From Trichoplax adhaerens (Eukaryota > Animalia > Placozoa): a DNA stretch of 64,000 nucleotides. Of the stretch, positions 28,820 to 46,332 are shown in pieces. The stretch is taken from NCBI RefSeq assembly GCF_000150275.1, contig NW_002060944.1, positions 5,150,123 through 5,214,122 on the forward strand, read 5' to 3'. The translations under genes were made by a program, and so were the position numbers. Position 1 is the first letter of the stretch, and each line of letters opens with the position of its first letter. A model generated the notes under the pieces. That model had not been told where the DNA came from and made no database searches. It saw nothing but the letters and a program-made list of their open reading frames with translations.

Positions 28820-31306
28820 TTAAGATATCATTGCTGATGGTATATCTCGATAGATTAAAGTTATTTTGTTGATACGATTGCGATTATTAACTTTAGTTAT
28901 CATTTGCACGGGAGCCGCTGGCTTTGAATGCTTGTAACTATCCATTAATTGACGAGGCGTAGCATTGGTCGTGCCATTAATGCTCGTTGGAATTGCAGCT
29001 TGTAATCCGTTAGGCGGGTACTTATTTTTAGCTTGTAGTGCAGTTTTGGTAATAGACTTAAAGTGATTACTGCTATTGCGTAGTTGATTCCTTTTACTCA
29101 GTGGTCGAAAGTAACCTGTGCTAACAGCTGCAGCTGATGGGATAGATTTAACATTATATTTAGGATTTCCTTGCGATCTTGCATGTTGCATACTATCATT
29201 TGAGGCATTAGTAGAGAGTGGTTGTCTAAATTTCTTCCAGAAAGTGGCCCCCTACGTTAATGGTAGATGAAAAATTAGTATAAACTTCAGATCCCCTTGG
29301 TATGATAGGAGTTGATAGATATGACATGAAAATACGAGTATTCTACTAAGGAGTAATGATAATTTACAAATATTAGAGGAAATTACATATGTATTTAATA
29401 TATGAAGCAAAAGACGAGAGTAGATAAATGTCTGGTCTAGTAATATTCAATAAACTTTACTAAACGGCATTTGATTCGAACTTGACAGTTCTAGTATAGC
29501 TTATAATATTATAGAACTGATCAATTTTATAAGTTGATGAAGAATAGAGAAATCAGAATGGAATCAGCCGAAGATTGTTTATGTGACCAAGTCCCATTTC
29601 CTTACCCTTTTATCCGGTTGCTCGTGATCATGAGCCGTTTCATCAAATGATTCGTTAATAATCACGTCACTGTTACATAATAACATTAAAAAATAGAAAT
29701 AGCGTTAATATCACTCCATTTTAATATATAAACATTACACAATATTATATAATAATAACAACAAATATATATTAATAAATTGAGCTAACTGTAAATTTTA
29801 ATGGCTAATTAAAGTATCGACATGGAACGGGAAGAACTACTTATATAGTAATTACAAATAGTAAATATGAAAAGTATGAAAATATCCTTTTGTTAATATA
29901 TCAACAAAAATATTTTGAGTCTATCTTAATTTCATTTTTTAGTTGAGTTTATTCGCTAATCTAAAAATATTTGTTTCTAATATAATTGCATGTAAGATTA
30001 CTCTTAAGTTGAATGAAATGGTTATTTACATCGTACATGATTACTCATAGATGTTCAACCTTAATGAATATTGCGGATTGGTTAGCATAAAAATCACTCT
30101 CCAAAAAGCTCAGTTTATGTGATTGAGATCGAGATATTAAAAAAAGTTATTATTTCAGTGTACCCAAAATAATTAATCAGTTTGTATCCATCATTATCCT
30201 AACTCAGCTATCATTGAGGCAGGGATGTAACAGATAGCGATTAAAACTTGAAAAAATTGATTTCTACTATAGAACTGGGCGATAGTAGTTTCACCTCTCA
30301 TAGCATGTTTACTACAATAATTATCACAAGAACTAGATCCTACGAATTTACGAGCCAGAATGAATTAGGGGTAAGACAAAATATTATATTTGCCACTTGG
30401 AATCACACTGTTCAGCACTCCATATTTGAATAGATGTAAAGTCGAATAAATTAGATAAAATAATTAAACTGACAATTGGAGATGATTAAATACCGTAAGA
30501 AACTTAGTCAAAACTTTTACTGCTTAAACTAGCAGTCAAATATCTTATACTGCTACTACTATAAAATCTCAGAAGCAGAGATGGAATAGATACCGTAATA
30601 TTTAAAGCGAATCAGAACTGTAATAATTATCATGTGCTATTTTTGAAATTGCAGCGCAATTACTGTAACGGTTGGACGATAAACTTGTTTTCTTAAATTG
30701 GAGCATGAGATGGAGGAAATCACTACCTAAAAAAAGTTATAACGATCTCGAAAAAGTGACTTACTGTTGCTGATGTGGTGATGAGTTCCCATTTCGCTGC
30801 TTATACAATGCTAACTGATGTTCATAGGTACGCCTCTCTTTAGCTTGTTTTTGTGAATCACAATCGTCATCCTGTTTTCTTAAAGTATTTTCATCATCCT
30901 GCTTAATTTCTAATCGATTTAAGCCAATAGTATGATTTTCACGATATTGTTCAATGTATCTCTCACTTTGCTGGAAATGCTGAAATTTATAATCAATGCT
31001 TGGTTTGCTATTTAACCGATGAAATGGCAAATTATTGGCTGATGTTGATGATGACTTTTTACTGTGCTGGCTAGAAGGAGCAGAAAAAGCTGATTTATGA
31101 CTGCTGCGTGGCTTATTTACTTCATGATATTGGGGTATCCAGCCATGTAAATCATTGGTTTTCTGATGGCGTGAAAATGTAGCATGATTATTTGTAACAT
31201 AATCTCGGACTAAATTGTTTTCTCGTTCTTCGCTGTCTAATAAATTATTGACCAATTCTTGACAATTTTCTCCGAATGCGTGACACGGGCCATGCATGTT
31301 TAACAT
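28820..31306 (-). CDS. Uncharacterised protein (short coiled-coil plus disordered Ser/Asn/Lys-rich regions); 3' end uncertain
   Basis: Exons 30765-31306, 29606-29669 and 28820-29251 join in frame with GTAAGT/GTAAGG donors and AG acceptors (phases 2 and 0). No recognised domain. Confidence 0.6.
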
Positions 31307-33642
31307 GAAATTATTTTAGCATAAATAGGTACAATCAATATCAAAGTATTTTAAATAGTAACGGGGTTTGAGGTTGGAGAATGATTGAAATCTTGTTCTT
31401 TCTGTTTGCTGGGTCCTTAGTACAACAGGATAAAGTCAATAGTTAACTTTGTTGATTTGTAAATGAACCCGAGGATCCGTATCGATTATTTCTCTATTTT
31501 TTATACTTGTTCACTCCGAAGTCTTGAAGATAATAACAATTTTCTATGGATAGAAAGTTAAAGATAATGACCAAAACATAAATCGATATATCCAACAATA
31601 ACGAAGAGAAATATAGCTTCAATTGAGTAATATCGTTATATGAGAAATTTTAAAGCGTTAAATACTGCAGTTTCAAATAACTTTAATGATAATCAGATGA
31701 TGAACTAGGAAAATGATAAAATGCAAGATAGGGATGGTGGGTATGAAAGCGATACAGAAATGAGGAAATTAAGATAGATATAAAAGACAATACAAGCAAC
31801 GACTTGATCAATAGCTAATTCTGTTTTAGAAATTATTGGAGACAGCGATATTAAACAAGGCCTAGAGTATTCTTACTCATAATATCAGCATGATAATACT
31901 TAATTACACCAGTAGTTCTATCGATAACAACATTAATACGTTGCTATAGTAACCATCTAATCATTGGTTTACGCAATCGGTATAGTAGCATCTATATGAA
32001 ACTGAGGACAAAGACACCGTAGGTGTATTTTAATTTTATCTATTAGTGGAGTACTTTATTGCTATTTTATCGCCGCCGTGATTCATGACCATCAAAAAAG
32101 TAACCAATAGATAGATATTGATTGATTAGTGAAACAATATTAGAATTATAGGAACTGATGAAATGAAATCTGTTTTTGGTAGAATAATATATTATTATTA
32201 GTAGTTCGCATACTGAGATACAAATATAGTAGTACATCTATTTATCAATCCCACTGCCAGTTTATCAATATTGGTTAACAAAGGCAACTTTATATTAGAC
32301 TGTATTTGCATAAGTGTCGTGGACAATATGTTGATAAAGTTATAAAACAACAATTAACAGATTTACGGTTTTGAAATTAGGCATGTATTGTTACTAATAC
32401 ATACAGAGTCTTTATCGATCGTAATAAACATCAGCTGAATTAAATTTATACAGTTACCTTATTCGTATGATGATCTGCTCATTTACTATACAATTTATAA
32501 CTTGATGAAATGTAAAGATGTGTCAATTCGCTACTAATTTTTTGTCTGCAAAGGGGGAAAGCATTACTTTTTCTCCAAATACTAATATAAATTGTGTTTA
32601 CATAGTCACTTTAAAAAAAATGATTAAATTGAATGATATTAATTTACAATTGATTGACCGGCATTTTAATCGCAATTCCTTTGCTTAACAAGCCTCGTCT
32701 CAAACCGATACCTTTCCATTTCATGCCGATCTAGTGTTGCAGAAGCTAAATTATAGCTAGCTACTGCTGTGTAGCGTGCTTCTCCTAGTATATATGTTTA
32801 GCTAGTATACTGGCTATCAGTTACCTAGAGCAGACAACTTCAAAAAGCAAAGCCATTTTCTCCCTATTAATCTTATGCATTTTATTTCGATTACGAAGTT
32901 CATGACTGATACACTTGTGAATAAGAATTGAATTGGGTAACATATAGAATAATAGCACTAAAAATATATGTAATTCCTCATAAGAAACTTCACCAAGTAC
33001 AGAACAACAATATATATCATCATCAGTTTTGTAATTAACTTGACAAGCTACTGGCTAGATTTATGATGAGACTAATGATCATTGTAATAAGGTCGTGTGG
33101 GAGATTTTTAAGTAAGGGGTTAGTCTGAGCTATTTTGCAAATACGATTCAATATATTATCATCTCCAAAGTTTCAATCAATGATTAAAAACTTCCACTAC
33201 AGACGTACGCTATCGCTAAGAGAATTCTCAACTGCACTGAATTTATGGTTTATTACGTCAACGTGCGCTGATTTTAAATTTCGCTTCATGTTGGGTATAC
33301 AATCCGAATGATGCTATCGAATACTGCAAAATCTTTCTAAATCTTTCGATTCACCCATTACAAAGTAACAATACTATTAAAGATTACATTTTAGAAGATT
33401 TTTGAATAAAGATTCTATTATATTTTCGTATCGTCTATAAGTCGTTATCATTAGACAAAAAAACTTTGGTCCTGTGATATTAGTTAACATATCATGTTGC
33501 CTTTTGATTGATTGCGAATAAAAATGTTTCTTTAAAGGTATATTTCATATAATAACAGATATTTCAGGCAAGAACATTTCTGGATTAAATTTCAAACGTT
33601 AGCAGTAACCGTATGGGTCTACCGATCTTCCTAAGCCGATTG

Positions 33643-37810
<4,168 letters not shown>

Positions 37811-38141
37811 CTTCAATCGCTTTCCAAGATATCTTGTACACTTTCTCCGCGGAAGACATCAAGACAGAAGGAGGATGGATTGCGCAGTTGCTGTTATATA
37901 CGTACTGAAGCGAAGCTCTGACACGTCTGACCATCGTACTCTGCGAGTGTAGCGGTACAAGGGTGAATCGTCATCGAGAAACAATCAAACTGAGTGACGC
38001 AAAAATTTGCAAATTTGAAAGCATTCCCTTATACACTACACGACCAGAAATGATCCGAGGTGTAATTTCCTCTAGTCTACGACTGTTTTGAACACGAATC
38101 GGAGATGAGGAGTGGCCATTGAGTGCAAATAATACCGTTCT

Positions 38142-38279
38142 TACACAGTACAGTACAGTATAGTACAGTGTCAGTTACAGTATATTGTAAAGTACCACAG
38201 TACAAGTACTGTAGTATACTGTACTGTACTGTACGGTGTACAGTGCACGTACTGTGCACTATACGCGATGTACTGTAAG
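38142..38279. repeat. (ACAGT)n/(ACTGT)n inverted microsatellite in the SURF4-AXDND1 divergent promoter
   Basis: acagtacagtacagtata (38145-38162) is the exact reverse complement of tatactgtactgtactgt (38215-38232). The stem extends to about 25 bp with one mismatch. Confidence 0.8.
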
Positions 38280-38797
38280 AGTCGACATGGCGATTGGGGG
38301 GGAGATAGCGGAGATGGGGAAAAACCAACAAGGGTAAAATTTGTATGGAATGTACCATACTGACTGTAAAACTGACAGCAGTCATTTTCATTCAAATCTA
38401 TATTGCAAATATAGCCTATAGATATATATAGTTATACATATTATGGTTGCAATGACAAAATTCTTATATCTTCATTCAATGTTGTAATAGTGGCCACCCT
38501 AGTAGTTGCAATAATAAGGCATAGTTGCAGTACTGTACAAGTGTACATGCCAATTTCAGTCACTATAATACTGCACTAATTTACGGTATCAAAGTTCAAT
38601 TTCATTTCATCCCCAGCTAACATAAGGCCAGTTAAGCAATGATGTAACGTCTAATCGTTTCCCTTACGCCTTAATTTTCAAAAAAATCAAAATCAAATAT
38701 ATAAATAAATTACAATTGAACAAGCTAATCGCTTTGCGGCGAAATCAACTACGCATGTACACAGGCATCATTCCTGCGACGAAATGAAATGTTTTCC

Positions 38798-38810
38798 GTT
38801 GCCTAGCAAC
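38798..38810. promoter_or_regulatory. RFX X-box upstream of AXDND1
   Basis: GTTGCCTAGCAAC is a perfect X-box about 190 bp upstream of the ATG at 39003. Confidence 0.75.
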
Positions 38811-39002
38811 TCCTACGTTCTTTGCCATAAAGCCTCTAGCGAGTAGCAGAATCGAGTTTATTTGGATATTAACCAGTAATCCTTTTGAGAGTAATGAGGT
38901 ACTATTGCTTATGTTACTATACAAGCATTCATTTTAATATAAGATTGTACTTCGATGAGATTTAATCTCAAGGCTTACAGTTAGTCATTTCTTACTTGCA
39001 AA

Positions 39003-42000
39003 ATGGCGTCAACAGTACAAAATAATCGAGAGGAGTTACAAACAAGTAGGACACCAAGTCCTAAAGTAACCACATTACCTTATATCAATCCAGCCAATGA
39101 AAGTATTATTACCCAAAGGAACGAAGATCATTCTGGCAGAATGAGTTCGTCAAATATTGCCAACGATCATATACCACAAGAAGTTTTAGCCAACTTAATT
39201 CGATTATCAACACCACCACCTAATAAAGATCATGTTGGCATATCTGCAAAAAAGAAGTCCAAGAAGGTCAGAAAATTTTCGATGATACAATTTTACCTTA
39301 ATATAATATCATTACCAAGCTGGTTATTGTATTTTGCTTACTCTTGTGTAATATTGATAGGCTATCCAGTCAGTATTATAGCCCAAGCATAAGCAATATA
39401 CTGATTCTTACGTTTTCTTGTGTAATGTTGATAGACTATCGTGTTCATTCAATAGTATTGCAACCCAAGAATAAGCAGCGTAATCTACATATCGAAATAA
39501 ATTAAATTCGAGTTTGAATAAAAATACATCAAGCATAATTATCTGTCAATCAAGTTAAACACTAGTCTAAAAAAAATAATCTGAGCTACGACAATTAAGA
39601 ACTACTGCTGTTAAATGTTGGATTTAAGCTGTTGACGGTGCAGAGCAGTAGTGTATCATAACAAGATAATTTATGTATCATTGATTATTTTGGTAAAGTA
39701 CTTTATGGCTCAACCTTTATTAATAGAGATAATCTAATATATTGCTTATAATTAAGGCAATATGTCGTCTGTATTTCTTGAGGTTCATGAAAGAATATCT
39801 TTCTATTAGATATAGTATTGATCTACATAGAAAAAGGGCGATAATAGATAAAAATAGAAGGCGCAAGCAATTACTTGTAACTGCTTCCGTTACCACATTA
39901 TAATAATTATGCAATTAATCATAGCTACCATCGCCAAGAACACCATCCAATGCTTGGAATTTCGCATCGACAAGGGAAAAATTTAAACATTTGGCTGAAA
40001 AACCTACATGCACATGTGGAGCTGGAAGGTTTATATCATGTTTAAAGTTTTAAATTGTGCTAACTAAGAATATTACTTTAAACAACAATCCCATAACTAA
40101 CATCTTTTTTTGCTTTCTAGTGGGCTGACTTTCTTGTATGATAAATCGAATAGTCCAGTAAAAGATACTGAAGTATCCATTGATGACAATGAAAGAGCTG
40201 AGAAAAGTCAAGAGTTAGCGCGAACAGTGTTAAAAAATCCTAACAATGAAACTAAATTAAGCGTATCGCGTGAAAAAATCATTACATCGTTAGCAGATAC
40301 GGAAGCTAAAGACTCAAACGACGAAGAGAAAAATACAACGGTTGCAAAAACGGTATTAGATACAAATTTGATTCATGTTATCACTCACTACTCAAGTTAA
40401 TGACACAATAATTATAAATAACCTTTTCACCTGTTCGATATTTGTAGACGCATAAAATACCAGATACATTAATTCCACTCGAATATCATATCATCAAGGC
40501 ACCCGCTGTTGCTGGACTAGAGTTCCAAGATGAGTAAGTTGATATTTCTTATGATACAAATAAAATTTTTTAATTTGAAGTAATTATTAATTAAATCCAG
40601 CTATGTAACCCTGAAATATTGTTTTTCAGCAAATATACAACAAGAGTCCACGATCATGAACATCATGTAACCGTATTTCCATCACTGTAAGCTATCTAGT
40701 GATATTTAAAAAATCATTTTGAGAATCAGAATTTTTATTTACTTTTTATATCATTTTAAATAGCTTAGGCAGTCATAATTAGGTTTAGTTTTGTAATGGT
40801 ATTGTATTATATTGTACTATAAAATTTAAATTAAAAAATAAAATTATACCGTTGTTGAATAATATACATACTAGGCGGCCAACTAGTAGACAAGAAGTTC
40901 TTCAGTTAAAGCATACAATGGAGTTAATGCTTAAAAAAGCTGGTATATCTGACCTTGATACTTCTAAATCCACGGGACCAACACAGGTAATACTGTTATG
41001 ACTTTTGGCGTAACTTTGTACTTTACCAGAGGAATGATATTATTATCTTTATGAAACAGTAAACTAGATTATCACAAACTAGTGGTTTTACAACTGTTGA
41101 ATAATTTTTTCTATTTTATAAATCTAGATCCACAACTTATTAGATGTCATTGAAAAGGAACAAACGATTTATAACATTTGTTTTCATGAAGTTATTCGAC
41201 AGGTACATTAAATCTGCGCATTTTAATCTACATTTTCATATCAAGTTAATCCTTATAATTTTAAACAAAAACATTTAACATAAGATGACCCTTGCTGTAT
41301 TTATTTATAAAATTTGATTACTCAGGTAAGCGTTGAATGTGTAGAACGTGGAGAGCTACTGGCAGATATTCGTCAAAGATATTCGGGATTATTTAATCGT
41401 ATTCCACGTCAAATTATGAGGTAAGTATCATAAATAAGTATAGTACAAATTTAGTGCTGTCTATATGCACCACAAGTAACAGCATTTCGGGTGATAGATT
41501 TGTCCCAGTCTAATACTACAATAAATTTTACCCAAGACTAATTCTGATTGAGTTTCTCATATTTTGTCCTATTAGCTTATACGAGGAAATATTAGCTCAG
41601 AGAGCCCTTGATCGGTTTGTTAATTTATAAAAAGTAGAAAAAAATGATCATTATATCCAACGTCATTTGCTATAAATAAATAAATCTTAATTTTAGACGA
41701 TTGATTGCTGAACTATCGCGATTTAAAACTTCCATTGGTGATTTATCCAAGTAATTAATTATTGAATGAATTGAATGTCTTGTAGGTTATATTTGCCTTA
41801 ATGTACATTAAAATTTTAATATCCTACAGAGAGTTAGCTGAAGTTAGAAATCATGATTTTCGAATGAGTTCGGAAGCTAAACAAGCAAAAGCTAAGGTAT
41901 AAGCAAAAAATTGTAGGATATTTTTAATGGTAATCTCGCAATTTTTAATTCTTTGACGTATTGAAAACATTTATATTGTAATACATATTTATTAGCTTGT

Positions 42001-45000
42001 ATCAGCAATGGAAGAATCCGATAAAAACGTTAGGTAAGAATATAAGCTGCATTAATCTGTATTTACAAACTACACATCTTGCTAGCTTGTATGCATGTTT
42101 TGGCTATCGCTAAGCGGTCATTAAGCTTTAATTAAATTTTTAATGTCAAATCTTATAATATTTCACAGTTTACTTACTGAATACCATCAGTTATACGAAT
42201 TACAACGAAGGCGGTTAGAAGTCCAAGTTGGTGAGTAGAAATATCGCTTGTATAATGCAGCTATAAACAATGAAATTAGCTCATCTTTTATTTTAAATAC
42301 TTCCTTGATGCCAATAGCTCAATTATCAGAGGAACGAGAGATCTGGAGCAATTGTGCATATAGTCTATCTTTGAAGGTAACAGAAAGCCATCAGCTCAAT
42401 ACAGCAAGAAGATTACATCTAAGTGAAAAAGCGTGGGTGAAATTTGCTACTCATTTCACTGTTTTAACAAGTGATCGCGACTCAATTGAGGTTAGAGGAT
42501 AGTAAAATAAATTGTATGAAGTAATTAATAATCCCCATCTTTACTGCGAATACTTATAGTTTCGATATTATTTATTATAGTTATCTCAACTACAACACAA
42601 AGCTCATATGTGGCAAGAAAAGATCGACCGATTTGTTCGTAGTGTAAATAAGAAAGAAAACAACTTGTGCGACCAATTAAATAAAACTAATAGTGGTATT
42701 CGAAGATGGTTAAAAGAATTTGATAAATGTCTATAGTAAGTTTATTAATTCTTCCCGATTGATTGATATTTTTAGCAATAGCATTTCCTGTAAAGAATTA
42801 ATAAACATAATTTAAAATGTTAAAACTAGCCCTGAAGCTGGAGCACAAAATGCAACCCTGCCAAGTAACTCTTTCTTGCAAAAATTTCTTAATGATGTCA
42901 ATTTATGGGAAGGAATTATTAATGCAGAAATTGAAAAATTCACTGGTGACAGTATTCTAACTGCGCAGGAAGAAATTAAACATGCTACTAAGCTGGTTAG
43001 TCAGCAGTTTCTGTCTATTATTTTCGTATAAGCGAAACTTCACCAAGCGCATCCATGGAAGCACCTTTGATCACCTGATTAAATCAATTTTTGCTTTTTC
43101 AAATTTTAGGTTGAGGCTTGGACAGATTTAACCATAAAACTATCTGGTCGCCATTCAACTTCCACCCAAAGTTGTATTATAGAAATGAAAAATATTAATC
43201 AAGTAAGAATTTGTTGATGCTGTTTCTTCTGCGGTATTGTTATGAAATGATCCGAAAACGAAATCTTTGCTAAGATATCGTTCATTACCATATGATTATT
43301 CTCATTCGATGCTGTTTGATATGGTAATTAATTGATATACGGTATAACTTTTAATTATCAATTTGGATTAATCGTTTTAGGAAATAGGAATATTTAATGC
43401 AAGATTCATAATCAGAGTGGCCGGTGAAAATGGTAAAAAATGCACTACTTACACATATATATTTCATATTTTCATTACTATATCGAATCAGAACTAGATG
43501 AAATGGTTAGTTATTTATCATATTAACTGGCTTCCCTTCTGATTGAAATACAGGTGTTGCTAAGGCCCTAATTGATATGGTTAATAACATGGAAACATGG
43601 GCAAATCGAATTTATGTTCATTTTAACACCGATCCATTAACAGAAACAGATTGGTTTAGGTATAAACTCTACTAACGTTATTGAAATTCTCTACGCTATA
43701 CTTTTGATAAATGAATATCCAGCTACTTTATCAACTTAAAATTATCTGGATATCTTCAGTTACTAAAGGCATCATTTTAATTGACCGTATTTGTACTATA
43801 ATTCTACAACATAATTGTGACTTAAGAAGCCTATTACTACTTTTCCAGGCTTTATAACTCCATCACTGATTGGGAGGATAAAATTAAGTATATTCACGAA
43901 ATTATTGGAACTGTCAGAACTGAATTCGATAGTGAAGCAATGACACCAGAAAAGTAAGCTTTTACAGTCAAGACAGCATCTATCTATGAGTGATCAATAC
44001 CAGTTTCAGAACTGGATTCTTATACAGTATATAGAAGAGCCATATTTAAACTTTCGCAATATTAGAACAAATCATTTTACTCTATTTTTCTTATCTCCAT
44101 GCCACTAAAATCTTTATTTCCATTCGTGATACCGTACATGCTCATATATCAATTTGCGATATCGACAGCGGAAATGAGAAAGGATTACTGATCAATTTTA
44201 AATTATGATAAATACTTGCTCCTATTTAGATGCCAACAGGCAATACAAAATTTATTTTTAACCTTACAAAATTGGACAAACTCTATAACTCATGCCGTAG
44301 AAAATGATGATACGAAAATTATTAATCAAGTAAGCGCTGTTATTGCACATAGTAGAATCGCTTTAATTTACATTTTTAGGGAGGATTATAGCAGTCTTTC
44401 CATATAGATTCTAATTACGAATGATTTGACTTGATACAGTATACTGTATAAAGAATTTCTTAACTTCTAAACTACATTCCTCAATTTCGTTAGGTAACAT
44501 CAGTTCATATGGATATGATTAGTTGGATGGTGCAGTTACTACTACAGGTAACACCAGATATGGACGATAGCCCTTATATGCAACATTTCCGTGAAAATGG
44601 CAAGAAATATAAGACTGCAGATGATGTTAAAGCAGCTGCAGTCAGTATTATCGAACGCTTGCGATCCTTCACTAAGGATATTATTAGGTAAATAGCTATA
44701 ATAAGAACTAATAGTAATGGATAACTTTAGACCATTGCACTTATTTTTAGTCATTTATTAACATTATAATATAGTAATTTTATTATTTAATATTAGTTAA
44801 GTGTTTTAATACTGTGTTTATCTTGTCTTTACTCTAGTAATTCCAATGATATTGTTATGGAAACACGACAAGCAAAATTAGATTTACATGATGAAACAGC
44901 AGATGATGATTATAAAGACTTACAGAGAATGAAACGCGAATGTGACGAATGGATTGAAGCAGCTGGATTATTAGTTGGAGAGATGTTGCAAATACAAGGT

Positions 45001-46332
45001 GATTCCTTAAAGCGACTCTTTAGCGATAAGACAACATGGGCAGCTACACCTGAGGTAAATCTTAAGCCAGTTTACTCTTTATACTACTCCAGCTTAAATT
45101 AAAATATCCAATTCAATATTGGTATCAGCTATATATTCGGTGTAATGAAGCATTAGTATTTAGCTTATAGCTAATTAGAATACTTTATCTATTCAAAGGA
45201 ACTTAAAATTAGGCCTATAGAAGCAGTCTCCTCTAATCAGCTTGCAACTAGTAAGGAAGGAACTGAAGAGCAAGAGGATAAAACTGCACAGACTGATCAA
45301 CCACAATTGGAAAAGCAGGATGAAGGTTTGAAAGATTCAGCTTTATCTCAAGAAGAAGTTGATACTCCACCAGAAGAAGTTCAAGGTGAAAATATGGAAC
45401 AAAATCAGGAAGAAAAACCCCCCAAAATACCTGAAAGCGCTGAAACGAATCGAGAAGAAGAAGAAAAGAGTCAAGAAGCAGTTAAAGAAGATGATACTGT
45501 AAATGAAGTGAATAACGACGTTACTGATAGCATAGATTCTACCAATAAAATCGATGAAAAACCTGTAGAAGAGACCCAAGATCAAATAGAAGAAGATGAT
45601 ACGGTAAAGGAGACAAAGCCACAAGGTGAAGAAATAGTAGTTGTTGCCGATGATGAAAATATCCGAACCAGAAATTTAACAGCCCTTGAACAATCGGTAA
45701 TTCGACATTGATCTTACAGTGTAGCAGAATTTATATCTGTTTCCCTATTTCATGATCTAAGATCATCAATTTTTCCTATGTCCCATAGATTCGAAGAACT
45801 GGTACACCAGGACAACATTCAGGTTTGTATTGATTATATTAAGATAGACATTAATTCGTAATCATATATCCTCAAAACATATGATAAAGTACTGTATTAA
45901 GTGCTCTCTATAATTTAGTCTTAATTACTCTTCGCCATCTTAGACTTATGATATGCTGCAAATATGCAACGTGTCCTTCTTTACTATACTATCAAATTAT
46001 TAATCAATCCCTTTATATTATAAACAGCTATCTCTCTACCAAGCTCTGATACTATTGAAGCAAGTAATAATCTCAAGGCATTACAGCCGCTAAACCAACA
46101 TTTATTAGAAACAGAACTTCGTGCTCAAGAGGCTGAAGATCGAGCGATTAAGGCTGAATTTTCATTGAAGGAAGCACTAAATAAGATTATAACATTGGAA
46201 AGGCAATTACAAGAGCAAGAGCAAAAGCAAAAGCATGAACCTAAAAGTGACAGCAATAAAGTAGGGATGTCACATCGAAAAGTTGGAGCATCTAACACAA
46301 AGAGCCGCTCCAATCCACAAAAAGCTATTTAA
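39003..46332 (+). CDS. AXDND1: Axonemal dynein light chain domain-containing protein 1, more than 20 exons
   Basis: Spliced translation includes KFKHLAEKPTCTCGAG.GLTFLYD, LIPLEYHII, KYTT...VFPS, [27 protein letters not shown] (Ax_dynein_light domain), EYHQLYELQRRRLE and EREIWSNCAYSLSLKV. It has a Glu-rich exon at about 45199-45696 and a stop at 46330-46332. Confidence 0.9.

Noticed and set aside
30790-31000. CCDC190-like identity for the orphan coiled-coil
   Set aside because: Only a vague by-eye resemblance that needs gaps; not supportable without a profile search.
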